From Eubacteriales bacterium (lineage in GTDB: Bacteria; Bacillota; Clostridia; Oscillospirales; CAG-272), in the NCBI GenBank assembly GCA_045532555.1, contig JAZSGD010000137.1:1-38521 (forward strand): a DNA stretch of 38,521 nt, written 5' to 3'. A program made the position numbers and the translations under genes. Every line of letters starts with the position of its first letter. Position 1 is the first letter of the stretch. The notes beneath the pieces were generated by a model that was not told the DNA's origin, did no database searches, and saw only the letters and a list, made by a program, of their open reading frames with translations. Of the stretch, positions 25,564 to 35,729 are shown one piece after another.

Positions 25564-26994
25564 ATGGCAACCACCTCCATCTGGAGCGTGAAGGGTTGGC
25601 TTGGTAAATTGGTTATCTATGTAGAGAACCCTAACAAGACCACCAATCCCCAATACTACGAAAAGGCGGAGCTGACCGAGAAACAGGCACAGACCCTTTT
25701 GGACGTTATCGACTATGCCGCCGATCCGAGCAAGACCGACTCTGCAATACACGATGAAAACATCGAAACCCATCAGCAGTTTGTAACGGGTATCAACTGT
25801 TTACCCGCAACTGCCCGTGATGAAATGCAGGCGGTAAAAAGACGCTTCGGAAAAGAGGACGGTGTTATAGCATACCACGGGTATCAATCCTTTGCCCCCG
25901 GAGAAGCCGACCCGAAAACGGCACACGAAATCGGGATACGGCTTGCCAAAGAATTGTGGGGCGAAAAGTATCAAGTGGTGGTTGCCACTCACCTTGATAA
26001 AGAGAACCATCTGCACAACCATTTTGTAGTCAATACCGTGTCCTTTGTTGACGGCATCCGTTACCACCGCACGGGTAAGGATTACCACGATATGCAGGTG
26101 GCATCGGATAACCTTTGCCGTGAGTACGGCTTGTCGGTGATCGAGAATATTCAGTACGGCAAATCCAAGCACTACGGCGAATGGAAAGCCGAGCAGGAGC
26201 AACGCCCCACGTGGCGAGGATTTATCAAGGCGGATATTGACGAAGCTATCCGTATGTCATTGACCGAAAGGCAGTTTTTCCGTCACTTGGAGGAAAAAGG
26301 CTATGAAATAAAAATGGGCAAGGACATATCGGTACGCCCCCAAGGAAAAGAGCGTTTTGTAAGGCTTATGCGAAACTTCGGTGAGGAATATTCCATTGAG
26401 AATATCCGCAGACGGATACTGTCGCAGTATATCCCCGAAAAACCTCTTGCAGAGCCGGAGTGTAAAACCCGTCATTACCGTATGCAAGGCAGTATGAAAT
26501 CTGCCCGTAAGATTACAGGCTTTCGGGCGTTATATTTTCATTACTGTTATAAACTTGGCATCTTCCCAAAGGACAGACCGCAGAACCGAAAACGGCTCCA
26601 TTTTCTCCTTCGGGAAGATCTGCTGAAGCTCAATAATATTTCACAGGAAGTAAGGTTGCTTGTGCGGCACAAAATTGATACCGCCGAGCAGCTTTCTTTA
26701 TATAAAAACGGATTGGAGGTGCAAATTGAAAAAATATCCGCCGAGCGTAAGGCATTGTATAAAAAGCAACGCACCGTCAAGTGTCAAAGCGACCCTAAAC
26801 TTGCCGAAGCCGTGAAGAAAGAAATTGACGGCTTGACCGAGCAGTTAAAGAACCTGCGGAGAGAGGTGCATTTGTGTGATGACATTGCCCAACGTTCCGG
26901 TGTGATAACCGAAAAACTCAAAGCCGTCCGAGAGGACGAGCAGAACCAAGGAAAGGAGAAACAGCAAAATGAACCCATCAGGCGACGCAGCTGA
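25564..26994 (+). CDS. relaxase / mobilisation nuclease (MobA/VirD2 superfamily)
   Basis: Histidine triad HLDKENHLHNHFVVN and AYHGYQSFAPGE. Length is 476 aa, and it follows mobC. Confidence 0.85.
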   Translation: MATTSIWSVKGWLGKLVIYVENPNKTTNPQYYEKAELTEKQAQTLLDVIDYAADPSKTDSAIHDENIETHQQFVTGINCLPATARDEMQAVKRRFGKEDGVIAYHGYQSFAPGEADPKTAHEIGIRLAKELWGEKYQVVVATHLDKENHLHNHFVVNTVSFVDGIRYHRTGKDYHDMQVASDNLCREYGLSVIENIQYGKSKHYGEWKAEQEQRPTWRGFIKADIDEAIRMSLTERQFFRHLEEKGYEIKMGKDISVRPQGKERFVRLMRNFGEEYSIENIRRRILSQYIPEKPLAEPECKTRHYRMQGSMKSARKITGFRALYFHYCYKLGIFPKDRPQNRKRLHFLLREDLLKLNNISQEVRLLVRHKIDTAEQLSLYKNGLEVQIEKISAERKALYKKQRTVKCQSDPKLAEAVKKEIDGLTEQLKNLRREVHLCDDIAQRSGVITEKLKAVREDEQNQGKEKQQNEPIRRRS

Positions 26995-27775
26995 ACAGGT
27001 AGTCCGATTAAGTCTTGAAGGTGTTGAGGTCGCTGCCAAAATTACGGGTAGCGCCGCAAAAGAGGTTGCCGCACTTTTATATGCCGCCCTCAAAAACCGA
27101 GATAAGAACAAAATCAAGGGCAAGCAAAGTCTGACCTCTATGCTTAAAAGCGGTAAGGAGCTTTCTATATTCTCCGTAAAAAACGAGGATATGAAACGCT
27201 TTGTAGCCGATGCCAAAAGGTACGGCGTAGTGTATTGCGCTCTGCGTAATACCAAGGATAACCCGTCGGGGGAATGTGAGATTATGGTACGAGCCGAGGA
27301 TGCGGCGAAGATCAACCGTATCGTTGAAAACATTAAGATTGCTACCGTTACCAACGAAGAAGCAATCCGAAGCGAGGTTGAAAGCGGTATCCACGAAACT
27401 CCCACCGAGCATACTGCCCCCGAAAGAGGTGTACCGGAGCGCAGTCCCGATGACTTGCTTGTGGACGAAATGTTAGAACAGCCCAAGAAGAAACCGGAGG
27501 TAACACACCAAAACCCCCAAGCGGCGAGGACGACAAAATCCCGTCCGTCCGAGCCTTCCTCAGAACGCAGAGCGAGATCCGACGAGGGTGCAGTTAAAGC
27601 CGACCGTCCTTCCGTCCGACAGGAACTAAGGGACATTCAACGTCAGCAGCAACGGCAGGAAACGGAAGCCCGCCGCAGAGAGGAACGACCCACAAGGAGC
27701 AATTCTCAAAAACGTTCCCCTCAGCACAGACAACCTGAGCGAAAAAAGAAACCATCTAAATCGAAAGAGAGGTAA
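26969..27775 (+). CDS. PcfB-family (DUF3801) protein with a basic low-complexity tail
   Basis: SD AAAGGAG. Pattern: EQVVRLSLEGVEVAAKITGSAAKEVAALLYAAL...GKQSLTSMLKSGKELSIFSV...FVADAKRYGVVYCAL...MVRAEDAAKINRIVE. Confidence 0.7.
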   Translation: MNPSGDAAEQVVRLSLEGVEVAAKITGSAAKEVAALLYAALKNRDKNKIKGKQSLTSMLKSGKELSIFSVKNEDMKRFVADAKRYGVVYCALRNTKDNPSGECEIMVRAEDAAKINRIVENIKIATVTNEEAIRSEVESGIHETPTEHTAPERGVPERSPDDLLVDEMLEQPKKKPEVTHQNPQAARTTKSRPSEPSSERRARSDEGAVKADRPSVRQELRDIQRQQQRQETEARRREERPTRSNSQKRSPQHRQPERKKKPSKSKER

Positions 27776-27781
27776 TTTATA

Positions 27782-28699
27782 ATGGCAAACTTTGACGATA
27801 TTTTGACCGCCCCTGTAGAGGAAAAGAAACATCCGAGTCCCCGCCGCAGAGCAGGAAATCGGCGTATGAACCCCGATGAATGGGCGGCAAAGAAAAAAGA
27901 GGAACGCCTTGCCGCTTATGAGTTGGCGGATAAGACCACGGGCGAGATCTTCGCAGACGGAAACCGTTTTACCGAATATCTTGACCTGCAATCCCGCCTT
28001 GATCGTTATTCCGTCACCAACGTTCTGCTTGTGTTGGCTCACAGCCCCAATGCAACACAGCTTCGCTCCAAGGCGAGCTGGGCGGAAGAAGGCGCATCCA
28101 TCCTCCAAGATCAAAAGGCAATTCCCATCATCGAGCCGGGAGATAAATTCTACCGTGACGATGATACGAGAGGAACCTACTACAACGTGAAATGGGTCTA
28201 TGACATTTCACAGACCGATGCCAAGGCAGAACCCACACCCTCCGTCAACCGTGATGAAAGGCAGTTGCTTTCGGCGCTGATCGCAAAGCGACCCGTTCCC
28301 ATCGAGCTTACGGACAACATCGAAACAGGTGCGGTTTACGATGCTGCTCAAAAGAAAATCTTTGTCCGCAAAGGTATGGATGCTCCCGATATTTTCCGTA
28401 GCCTGTCCCTTGCCCTTGCCCGTGCGGAAATGGCGATTGATACCCGTAATTTCAGCAATGAAAATGCGGAGTTCAAAGCCTACTGCGCATCCTATATGCT
28501 CTGCCGTAAATACGGCATTGATGTCAGCGGATACGATTTCCGAGAGATGCCCGACGTAGGAGGTGCCGAGCCGCAGGCTATCCGTGGCGAGCTTTCCGAA
28601 ATCCGTGACGTGATGCGTACAATGTCTGCCCGTATGTATAAGGCAATGGAACAGAACAAAGTGCAAAGCCGCACCGGACAGGGGCGTGATGAACGATGA
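27782..28699 (+). CDS. ArdC-N-like ssDNA-binding domain protein (no HEXXH peptidase motif seen)
   Basis: Pattern RYSVTNVLLVLAHSPNATQLRSKASWAEEGASILQDQKAIPIIEP resembles the ArdC N-terminal domain, and resembles the head of the giant ORF. Confidence 0.5.
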   Translation: MANFDDILTAPVEEKKHPSPRRRAGNRRMNPDEWAAKKKEERLAAYELADKTTGEIFADGNRFTEYLDLQSRLDRYSVTNVLLVLAHSPNATQLRSKASWAEEGASILQDQKAIPIIEPGDKFYRDDDTRGTYYNVKWVYDISQTDAKAEPTPSVNRDERQLLSALIAKRPVPIELTDNIETGAVYDAAQKKIFVRKGMDAPDIFRSLSLALARAEMAIDTRNFSNENAEFKAYCASYMLCRKYGIDVSGYDFREMPDVGGAEPQAIRGELSEIRDVMRTMSARMYKAMEQNKVQSRTGQGRDER

Positions 28700-28884
28700 T
28701 GGAGCGTGAGGAAAGACGGGTCTTATCCCTTGACCAATATCAGCACGGCGTTATCGTCAATGCCCTTAACGATAAGCGAAATGACCTTATCAAAGAGAAG
28801 CGCCCCACTGATATTGTTGATGAGGTCTTGCTGAAAGCACTTGACGCACCGAGAAAAAAGGTGCGTTGCAAGGATGAACGGTAA
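28696..28884 (+). CDS. small hypothetical protein (62 aa), paralogue of 3972-4139
   Basis: ATGA overlap with the upstream ORF. It shares the DIVDEV.LKA.DAP.KK motif and overlaps the coupling-protein start. Confidence 0.6.
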   Translation: MMEREERRVLSLDQYQHGVIVNALNDKRNDLIKEKRPTDIVDEVLLKALDAPRKKVRCKDER

Positions 28885-30706
28885 GACAAGTCCGTGGCTT
28901 TATCTGCTCGGTATTATCCCTGCCGTATGGTTGGGTCTGCTGATCGCTCCAGCGGTCAGCGGTGGATTGATGGAGATTGTCACACAATTTCCGATAATGA
29001 TGGAAAACCCATTGAAAATAACGTGGTGCGAGGACAGCTTGAAAACTGTCCTCGTTTTCATTTTCGCTTATGCAATGGGTATCGGCATTTATATCTCCAC
29101 CAAACGAACCTACCGCCGTGGCGAGGAACACGGCTCGGCTAAATGGGGCGTTGTCGAGCGTATCAACAAAAAGTACCGTGCGAAAGAGCCGAAACCCAAT
29201 AAGATCTTAACGCAAAACATCCGTATCGGATTAAACGGCAAGAAACACCGCCGTAACCTTAACACAGTAGTCGTGGGCGGTAGCGGTGCGGGTAAAACCC
29301 GTTTCTATGCCAAGCCTTGCATTTATGAAAGCATCACCGCAGGCAAAGACGGCGAGTTTTGCTCCTTTGTCTGCCTTGACCCCAAGGGCGAATTGCTCCG
29401 TGACTCCGGCAATCTTCTCAAAGAGTGCGGTTATGAAATACGCATACTTGATCTTATCAATATGCAGAAAAGCCATTGTTATAACCCATTTGTATATCTG
29501 CGGGACGATGACGACGTGCAGCAGCTTGTAACCAACCTGTTTAAGAGTACCACGCCGAAAGGCACACACAGCAACGACCCCTTTTGGGATCAGATGGCGG
29601 AGGTTCTGCTGAAAGCATTGGTGTTTTATCTGTTCCACGAAGCACCGCCGGAGGAACAGAACTTCCCGATGGTAATGGAAATGCTGAGAGCTGGTGACGT
29701 GCGTGAGGATGACCCGTCCTACGAGTCCCCCCTGGATATTCTGTTTCAGCGTTTGGAAATGGACAATCCCGACCACATTGCGGTGAAGTATTACAAGGAC
29801 TACCGCAACGGTGCAGCAAAAACCATTAAATCCATTCAAATCACCTTGGCGGCAAGACTTGAAAAGTTTAACTTAACGTCGCTTATCGGTCTTACCTCCA
29901 CCGACGAATTGGACTTGGCATCCCTCGGAGAGAAAAAGGTAGCGTTATTCGCCCTTATCTCCGACCGTGACAAATCCTACAACTTCCTTGTATCCATTCT
30001 TTACACCCAGCTTTTTCAAATGCTGTTTGATACGGCGGAAAACAAGTACGGCGGTTCGCTCCCCGTACCCGTGCATTTTTTGATGGATGAGTTTGCCAAC
30101 GTGTCGCTCCCCGATGACTTTGAAAACATCCTTTCAACGATGCGTTCCCGTAACGTGTTTGTATCTATCATTTTGCAGAATATCGCACAGCTCAAAGCCC
30201 TGTTTGAAAAACAATGGGAGTCCATCTTGGGCAACTGTGACGAGTTTTTGTATCTCGGCGGTAACGAGCAGAGCACCCACAAGTACGTGTCGGAATTGCT
30301 CGGCAAGTCCACCATTGATACCAACACCTACGGCAAGTCCACGGGTCATAGCGGTAATTACAGCACTAACTATCAAAACACGGGACGAGAGCTGCTGACC
30401 CCCGACGAGGTGCGTATGCTCGACAACTCTAAAGCCTTGTTGTTTATCCGAGGGGAACGCCCCGTGATGGATGATAAATTCGATATTTTGAAGCATCCCG
30501 GCGTACACCTTACTCCCGATGGCGGCGGCAAGGTGTACGTTCACGGCACGACCGAACACGCCGTTGCCGGCATTACAAACATTGTGGTGAAAAAGAAGGA
30601 CAATATCGTGTCGCAAAAATATGAAGCGACCGACCCCGTAACCCATTATGAACTTCTTTCCAACGAGGAATTAGAAGCTATATTTTTATCAAATCAGGAG
30701 GAATAG
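28874..30706 (+). CDS. virD4: type IV coupling protein (VirD4/TraG family)
   Basis: I prefer ATG 28874 (MNGKTSPWLYLLGIIPAVWLGLLIAPAV). Two N-terminal TM helices. Walker A VVVGGSGAGKTR and Walker B VHFLMDEFAN. Confidence 0.9.
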   Translation: MNGKTSPWLYLLGIIPAVWLGLLIAPAVSGGLMEIVTQFPIMMENPLKITWCEDSLKTVLVFIFAYAMGIGIYISTKRTYRRGEEHGSAKWGVVERINKKYRAKEPKPNKILTQNIRIGLNGKKHRRNLNTVVVGGSGAGKTRFYAKPCIYESITAGKDGEFCSFVCLDPKGELLRDSGNLLKECGYEIRILDLINMQKSHCYNPFVYLRDDDDVQQLVTNLFKSTTPKGTHSNDPFWDQMAEVLLKALVFYLFHEAPPEEQNFPMVMEMLRAGDVREDDPSYESPLDILFQRLEMDNPDHIAVKYYKDYRNGAAKTIKSIQITLAARLEKFNLTSLIGLTSTDELDLASLGEKKVALFALISDRDKSYNFLVSILYTQLFQMLFDTAENKYGGSLPVPVHFLMDEFANVSLPDDFENILSTMRSRNVFVSIILQNIAQLKALFEKQWESILGNCDEFLYLGGNEQSTHKYVSELLGKSTIDTNTYGKSTGHSGNYSTNYQNTGRELLTPDEVRMLDNSKALLFIRGERPVMDDKFDILKHPGVHLTPDGGGKVYVHGTTEHAVAGITNIVVKKKDNIVSQKYEATDPVTHYELLSNEELEAIFLSNQEE

Positions 30707-30710
30707 TCTT

Positions 30711-31067
30711 ATGAAAAAGTCTATTAAGAAAACCAACGAAACCCGTCCTCTGCCTATGGGCAAAAAGACCCGCAGAGCATTTACCGCCTACGTCTGCCTT
30801 GTGTTGACGGTGTTTATGGTTAGCACCATGTCCGTGACCGCATTTGCGGCCACCAATGACCCGCTGACCGTAATCGACAATCTCTCAACCTTTATTTTCG
30901 GTCTTATCCGAGCCGTGGGTATTATCCTGCTCGGTTGGGGTATTGTGCAGATCGGTATCTCCCTCAAGAGCCACGACCCTTCGCAGAGAGCAAACGGCTT
31001 TTTGACCTTGGCTGGCGGCGTTATCATCACCTTTGCCAAGGAGATCCTTGATCTTATTATTGCTTGA
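30711..31067 (+). CDS. Maff2-family / VirB2-like small membrane protein
   Basis: Signal-like N-terminus, two hydrophobic helices, and GWGIVQIGISLKSHDPSQRANGFLTLAGGVII. SD AGGAGG. Confidence 0.65.
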   Translation: MKKSIKKTNETRPLPMGKKTRRAFTAYVCLVLTVFMVSTMSVTAFAATNDPLTVIDNLSTFIFGLIRAVGIILLGWGIVQIGISLKSHDPSQRANGFLTLAGGVIITFAKEILDLIIA

Positions 31068-31077
31068 CGTAGAGAAC

Positions 31078-31105
31078 GGACGGGGCGGCGCTCACCGCCC
31101 CGTTC
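31078..31105 (+). other. GC-rich hairpin without a T tract (possible processing or attenuation element)
   Basis: GGACGGGGCGG (31078-31088) pairs with CCGCCCCGTTC (31095-31105), with loop CGCTCA. TAACTAC follows rather than a U run. Confidence 0.35.
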
Positions 31106-31129
31106 TAACTACTGAAAGGAGGAACCTAA

Positions 31130-31966
31130 ATGAGTGATAATTGGGTCGTACAAAACCTCGAAAATGCACTCGAAACTTGGAACGAAAAATTAGCGGAAAT
31201 ATGGACGCTTATCACACAATCGCCCGAACAGTTTAAGGGCGGAACGATATGGAACGTAGTCAAAGATATACACGGTGCAGTACAAGCAATCGGTCTTGGC
31301 CTGCTTGTGCTGTTCTTTGTTGTTGGCGTAATGAAAACCTGCGGTAGCTTTGCCGAAGTGAAAAAACCGGAGGTTGCTCTAAAACTCTTTATCCGCTTTG
31401 CCATTGCAAAAGGCGTTGTCACCTACGGTCTGGAGCTGATGATAGCACTCTTTAATATCGTGCAGGGTCTTATTTCAAGCATTATGACCGCCGCAGGTAT
31501 GGGAACGGCTACACGGACGGTATTGCCGTCCACCATCGTAACGGCAATCGAAGATTGCGGATTTTTTGAGAGTATTCCGCTATGGGCGGTTACGCTTATC
31601 GGCGGTCTGTTCATTACGATTTTGTCTTTTATTATGATTCTGACCGTGTACGGTCGTTTCTTTAAGCTGTATATCTACACGGCGATTGCTCCCGTTCCTC
31701 TATCCACCTTTGCAGGTGAGCCAAGCCAACAGGTCGGCAAATCCTTCATCAAGTCTTATGCTGCCGTTTGCTTGGAGGGTGCGGTTATCGTTCTTGCGTG
31801 TATCATCTTTTCGCTGTTTGCCGCATCACCGCCAACGGTTGACCCCAATGCTGCGGCGGTATCTATGGTGTGGAGTTATATCGGAGAGCTGATATTCAAC
31901 CTGCTTGTGCTTGTAGGCACGGTGAAGATGTCCGATAGAGTTGTCCGTGAAATGATGGGTCTATAA
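31130..31966 (+). CDS. polytopic membrane protein, VirB6-like (CD0415/CD1112-type)
   Basis: Multiple predicted TM helices. SD AAAGGAGG. Its position lies between the VirB2-like and VirB3/VirB4-like genes. Confidence 0.65.
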   Translation: MSDNWVVQNLENALETWNEKLAEIWTLITQSPEQFKGGTIWNVVKDIHGAVQAIGLGLLVLFFVVGVMKTCGSFAEVKKPEVALKLFIRFAIAKGVVTYGLELMIALFNIVQGLISSIMTAAGMGTATRTVLPSTIVTAIEDCGFFESIPLWAVTLIGGLFITILSFIMILTVYGRFFKLYIYTAIAPVPLSTFAGEPSQQVGKSFIKSYAAVCLEGAVIVLACIIFSLFAASPPTVDPNAAAVSMVWSYIGELIFNLLVLVGTVKMSDRVVREMMGL

Positions 31967-31976
31967 GAGGTGCAGT

Positions 31977-32252
31977 ATGACAAACACAGAATTATTTGCA
32001 AAGCCGATAGAAGAAATCAAGCACGACCCGTTTTTCAGAGTTGATAACTTCAAGAATGAAAAATGGTACGGCGACCTTAAAATGTTTCTTTCCATCGGGA
32101 TATGTGCAACGACCAAAAGAAAGTCCGATGAAATGCAAAAAGCATTAAAGGTGTTGGGTTATTCCTCGCATACGCAGGAAAAGGACGGAAAGCTGTTCCT
32201 GCTCCCCGGTGCAGAGCGTCCCCGAACACCTCAAAGAGATCTTGAAAGATAG
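31977..32252 (+). CDS. hypothetical protein (91 aa)
   Basis: SD AGAGGTG. It is tightly packed within the T4SS operon. Confidence 0.5.
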   Translation: MTNTELFAKPIEEIKHDPFFRVDNFKNEKWYGDLKMFLSIGICATTKRKSDEMQKALKVLGYSSHTQEKDGKLFLLPGAERPRTPQRDLER

Positions 32253-32263
32253 GAGGAATTATT

Positions 32264-32629
32264 TTGGAAGTTAAGATCAATAAAGAAATCCGTGAGTACA
32301 CGGAGAATATGTTTTTTGGATTGTCGCTTAGACAATTTATTTTTTCAGTTGTTGCCTGCGGTGTAGCCGTGGGCATTTATTTTGGACTGCGTAACGTCCT
32401 CGGCACAGAAACGGTGTCTTGGGTGTGCATCCTCGGTGCGGCTCCCTTTGCTATTATGGGCTTTGTGAAATACCACGGTATGACGGCGGAGCAGTTTGTG
32501 TGGGCGTGGATAAAGTCAGAGCTTTTACTGCCCAAGCGGTTAGTATTCCGTCCTACAAATCTCTACTACGAGTCCCTGCAGGAGCAGTACGCAGTTAAGG
32601 AAAAGGAGGTATTGAAGGGCAATGATTAA
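32264..32629 (+). CDS. PrgI-family (VirB3-like) membrane protein
   Basis: TTG start lies 7 nt after AGGAGG. Pattern: FFGLSLRQFIFSVVACGVAVGIYF...AAPFAIMGFVKYHGMTAEQFVWAWIKSELLLPKRLVF. It overlaps the VirB4 start. Confidence 0.7.
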   Translation: MEVKINKEIREYTENMFFGLSLRQFIFSVVACGVAVGIYFGLRNVLGTETVSWVCILGAAPFAIMGFVKYHGMTAEQFVWAWIKSELLLPKRLVFRPTNLYYESLQEQYAVKEKEVLKGND

Positions 32630-34943
32630 AGCCTTGCAAAACATTATGAAGCAAGACAAGGAGAAATTCAAAGTGCCGAAGGGTGTCCAGGATGCCATTC
32701 CGGTACGCACCATTTGGAAAAACGGTATTTTCCTTGTCGGTAATAACAAGTACAGCAAAACCTTTCAGTTTACCGATATAAACTACGGCACGGCAAGCGA
32801 CGAGGACAAGAAAACAATGTTTCTTGCTTATAGCGAGTTGCTTAATTCCTTTGACAGCAATGCTACCACTAAGATTACCATTGTGACCCGTAAACTGAAC
32901 CGCCGTGACTTTGAAAGGAACATCTTAATTCCCGAAAAGAAAGACGGTCTTGACCGTCTGCGCCGTGAGTATAACGATATGCTGATGGATATTGCATCGG
33001 GATCTTCCTGTATGATACGAGATATGTATATCACCGTGTCAGCAGTACGAAAGAGCTATGAGGATGCAAAGAATTACTTTGCCCGTGTCGGCTCGGAAAT
33101 GTCTATGCACCTGTCCCGCCTTGGTTCCCGCTGCAAGGAACTTGATGCAGATGACCGCTTGCGCATTCTCCACGGATTTTACCGTCACGGCGAAGAAGCG
33201 GACTATTGCTTTGACCTTCAGCAGAGTATGAAAAAGGGTCACAGCTTTAAGGACTATATCTGTCCCGACAGTATGGAATTTGAAAGTGACCATTTCAAGG
33301 TTGGTGAACGCTATGGGCGTGTGATGTATCTCAAAGATTATGCGTCCTTTATCAAGGATGATTTTATCTCCGAACTGTGCAGTATCGACCGTCCTATCAT
33401 TATGTCGGTGGACGTGATACCCGTTCCCACCGATGAAGCGGTGCGTGAGGGCGAAAGCCGCCTTTTAGGCGTAGAGCGTAACGTGGTGGACTTTCTGCGA
33501 AAGCAGCAGAATAATAACAATTTCTCCGGCACAATTCCGTATGATCTTGAAAAGCAACGTGCGGAAATCAAGGAGTTTTTGGATGACCTTACGAGCCGTG
33601 ACCAGCGTATGATGTTTGCCAATCTGACCTACATTCACACGGCGGAAACCAAGGAGCAGCTTGACAGCGATACCGAGAACGTGCAGACCTTCGCCCGTCA
33701 GCGTATGTGTCAAATGGCAACGCTGAAATTCCAACAGCTTGACGGACTCAATACGGCTTTGCCTATCGGTGTGCGAAAGATCAATGCTATGCGAACCCTC
33801 ACCACCGAGAGCTTGGCGGTGCTGATGCCGTTCCGTGTGCAGGAAATTATGGACGCAGGCGGTATCTTTTACGGAGTCAACGCTATCTCCGGCAACCTTA
33901 TCCTTTGCAATAAATCCAATCTTCTCAATCAGTCGGCGTTTATCCTCGGTGTTCCCGGTAGTGGTAAATCCTTCTCGGTTAAGGAACTGATTGTCTTTAT
34001 TGCCCTTGCCACCAATGATGATATTTTGGTTTGTGATCCTGAAGGAGAATACCAAAACTTGATGCGTGTGCTCGGAGCCGAAATCATTAAAATCTCCGCA
34101 GGCAGTCCCCATCATATCAATGCTATGGATATGGTAGAGGGTTACGGCGACGGCAGTAATCCCGTTATCGACAAGTCTGAGTTTGTGCTGTCCCTGTTTG
34201 AACAGCTTGACCCAAGGGGCATTGATCCTCACGAAAAGTCCATTATCGACCGTTGTGTGGATGCGGTGTACCGTGAATATAAAAAAGGCGGTGCGGTGCC
34301 TACGCTCCGAGTGTTGCGTAAAAAGCTCTTGGCACAGCCGGAGGAAGAAGCACAGCGCCTTGCTCTGTCATTGGAACTGTTCACTTCGGGCAGTTTGAAC
34401 GCCTTTGCTCACGAAACCAACGTTGACACCCAAAATCGTATGGTCGTTTACGACATTCACGATTTAGGTCGTCAGCTTAAAACAATGGGTCTGCTCGTTA
34501 TTACCGATGCAATGCTGAACCGTGTTACCGAGAACTGGCGTAAAGGAAAACGCACCCACGTTATTGTGGATGAGTTTCATGTGGTGTTTGAAAATGAACA
34601 TTCCGCAGAGTTTTTCTCATCTGCTTGGCGTCGTTTCCGTAAGCGTAACGCATACCCGACCGCCATCACGCAGAACGTGGAATATTTGCTGGACTCCGTT
34701 GAGGCAAGCACGATGCTTTCCAACAGCGAGTTTATCGTAATGCTCAACCAAGCGGCAAGCGACCGTGAGAAATTGGCTGACAAGCTCAATATTTCCGAGG
34801 AACAGTTGGGATATATCACCAACGCCGAAGCAGGTTGCGGTCTTATCCGCTATGGTAGTGCGCTCGTTCCGTTCAAAAACAGATTTCCGAAGAACACCGA
34901 GTTATACAGGCTGATGACCACCAAACCCGGTGAGAATTTATAA
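32622..34943 (+). CDS. virB4: VirB4-family conjugative ATPase
   Basis: 773 aa, with Walker A GVPGSGKSF and Walker B THVIVDEFH. Confidence 0.9.
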   Translation: MIKALQNIMKQDKEKFKVPKGVQDAIPVRTIWKNGIFLVGNNKYSKTFQFTDINYGTASDEDKKTMFLAYSELLNSFDSNATTKITIVTRKLNRRDFERNILIPEKKDGLDRLRREYNDMLMDIASGSSCMIRDMYITVSAVRKSYEDAKNYFARVGSEMSMHLSRLGSRCKELDADDRLRILHGFYRHGEEADYCFDLQQSMKKGHSFKDYICPDSMEFESDHFKVGERYGRVMYLKDYASFIKDDFISELCSIDRPIIMSVDVIPVPTDEAVREGESRLLGVERNVVDFLRKQQNNNNFSGTIPYDLEKQRAEIKEFLDDLTSRDQRMMFANLTYIHTAETKEQLDSDTENVQTFARQRMCQMATLKFQQLDGLNTALPIGVRKINAMRTLTTESLAVLMPFRVQEIMDAGGIFYGVNAISGNLILCNKSNLLNQSAFILGVPGSGKSFSVKELIVFIALATNDDILVCDPEGEYQNLMRVLGAEIIKISAGSPHHINAMDMVEGYGDGSNPVIDKSEFVLSLFEQLDPRGIDPHEKSIIDRCVDAVYREYKKGGAVPTLRVLRKKLLAQPEEEAQRLALSLELFTSGSLNAFAHETNVDTQNRMVVYDIHDLGRQLKTMGLLVITDAMLNRVTENWRKGKRTHVIVDEFHVVFENEHSAEFFSSAWRRFRKRNAYPTAITQNVEYLLDSVEASTMLSNSEFIVMLNQAASDREKLADKLNISEEQLGYITNAEAGCGLIRYGSALVPFKNRFPKNTELYRLMTTKPGENL

Positions 34944-34956
34944 GGAGGCAATATAA

Positions 34957-35715
34957 ATGGATATAAACGAAACAAAACTCTCCGAAATTCCTGAGATTAA
35001 AGAACTGTTAAAGGTGTTGTCAGACAATGGCTTACTAAAGGAAGAAAACAATGTCAAACACCTTGTTTCGTATATCGAGGATATGGAAAACAAGATACTT
35101 GATATGACCATTGAATTGAGAGCAATGCACGATGAGGTCGGCAAAATCCGTGACAGTACCCTCCGTGCAAGATGTACGCAGCTTATCACGGCGGCAAATG
35201 AGAAGATCCAACAGGCAAGCCAAATGGTGGTGTCCTGCAAGAACAATCTTATTAAATCTGCGAAAGATGCCCTCCGAGCCTTTAAGGAAAAAGGCAAGGA
35301 CGCACTTGTTGCCGCCGTAAATGCTATGAAAATCCCGTCTGCCCTTGATATGCTCAAAAACGGTTTTCACCGTGCGGCAGAGTCCCTGGGCAAGAGTGTT
35401 TCCAACCTTGAAACCGTCCGTAATGAATTGCACGACGTAGGAACGCACCTTAAAAATGCGGGTCGTGCGCTTATCGGCAAGCCGATCAAGGAAAACGAGG
35501 AACTGAAAGCAGATAAGGGCATTTTGGCAAAGCTCCAAATCTTTTTGCAAAAGACGGCGGAGAAATTCACCGGTATGGAGCATAGTGCCGAGGAAACGTC
35601 CAAGTCCTTGCGTAACAGTTATGAGGAACGAAAATCGGTCAAGTCCGATCTGAAACGGCTCAAAGCAGAAAGCAAAGCCAAAGATGCTCCCAAGATTACT
35701 GAGCAGGCAAGATAA
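34957..35715 (+). CDS. hypothetical coiled-coil protein (252 aa)
   Basis: SD AAGGAGG. The composition is helical and K/E/L-rich. No domain recognised. Confidence 0.55.
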   Translation: MDINETKLSEIPEIKELLKVLSDNGLLKEENNVKHLVSYIEDMENKILDMTIELRAMHDEVGKIRDSTLRARCTQLITAANEKIQQASQMVVSCKNNLIKSAKDALRAFKEKGKDALVAAVNAMKIPSALDMLKNGFHRAAESLGKSVSNLETVRNELHDVGTHLKNAGRALIGKPIKENEELKADKGILAKLQIFLQKTAEKFTGMEHSAEETSKSLRNSYEERKSVKSDLKRLKAESKAKDAPKITEQAR

Positions 35716-35729
35716 GGAGGTAACCGCCT

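Noticed and set aside
12439-28873. Longer N-terminal extensions proposed by the ORF track (starts at 12439, 24417, 25019, 25191 and 28841)
   Set aside because: Each extension overlaps the upstream gene and lacks an SD. Internal ATGs at 12529, 24471, 25124, 25230 and 28874 have good SD spacing, and they begin the recognisable part of the protein.
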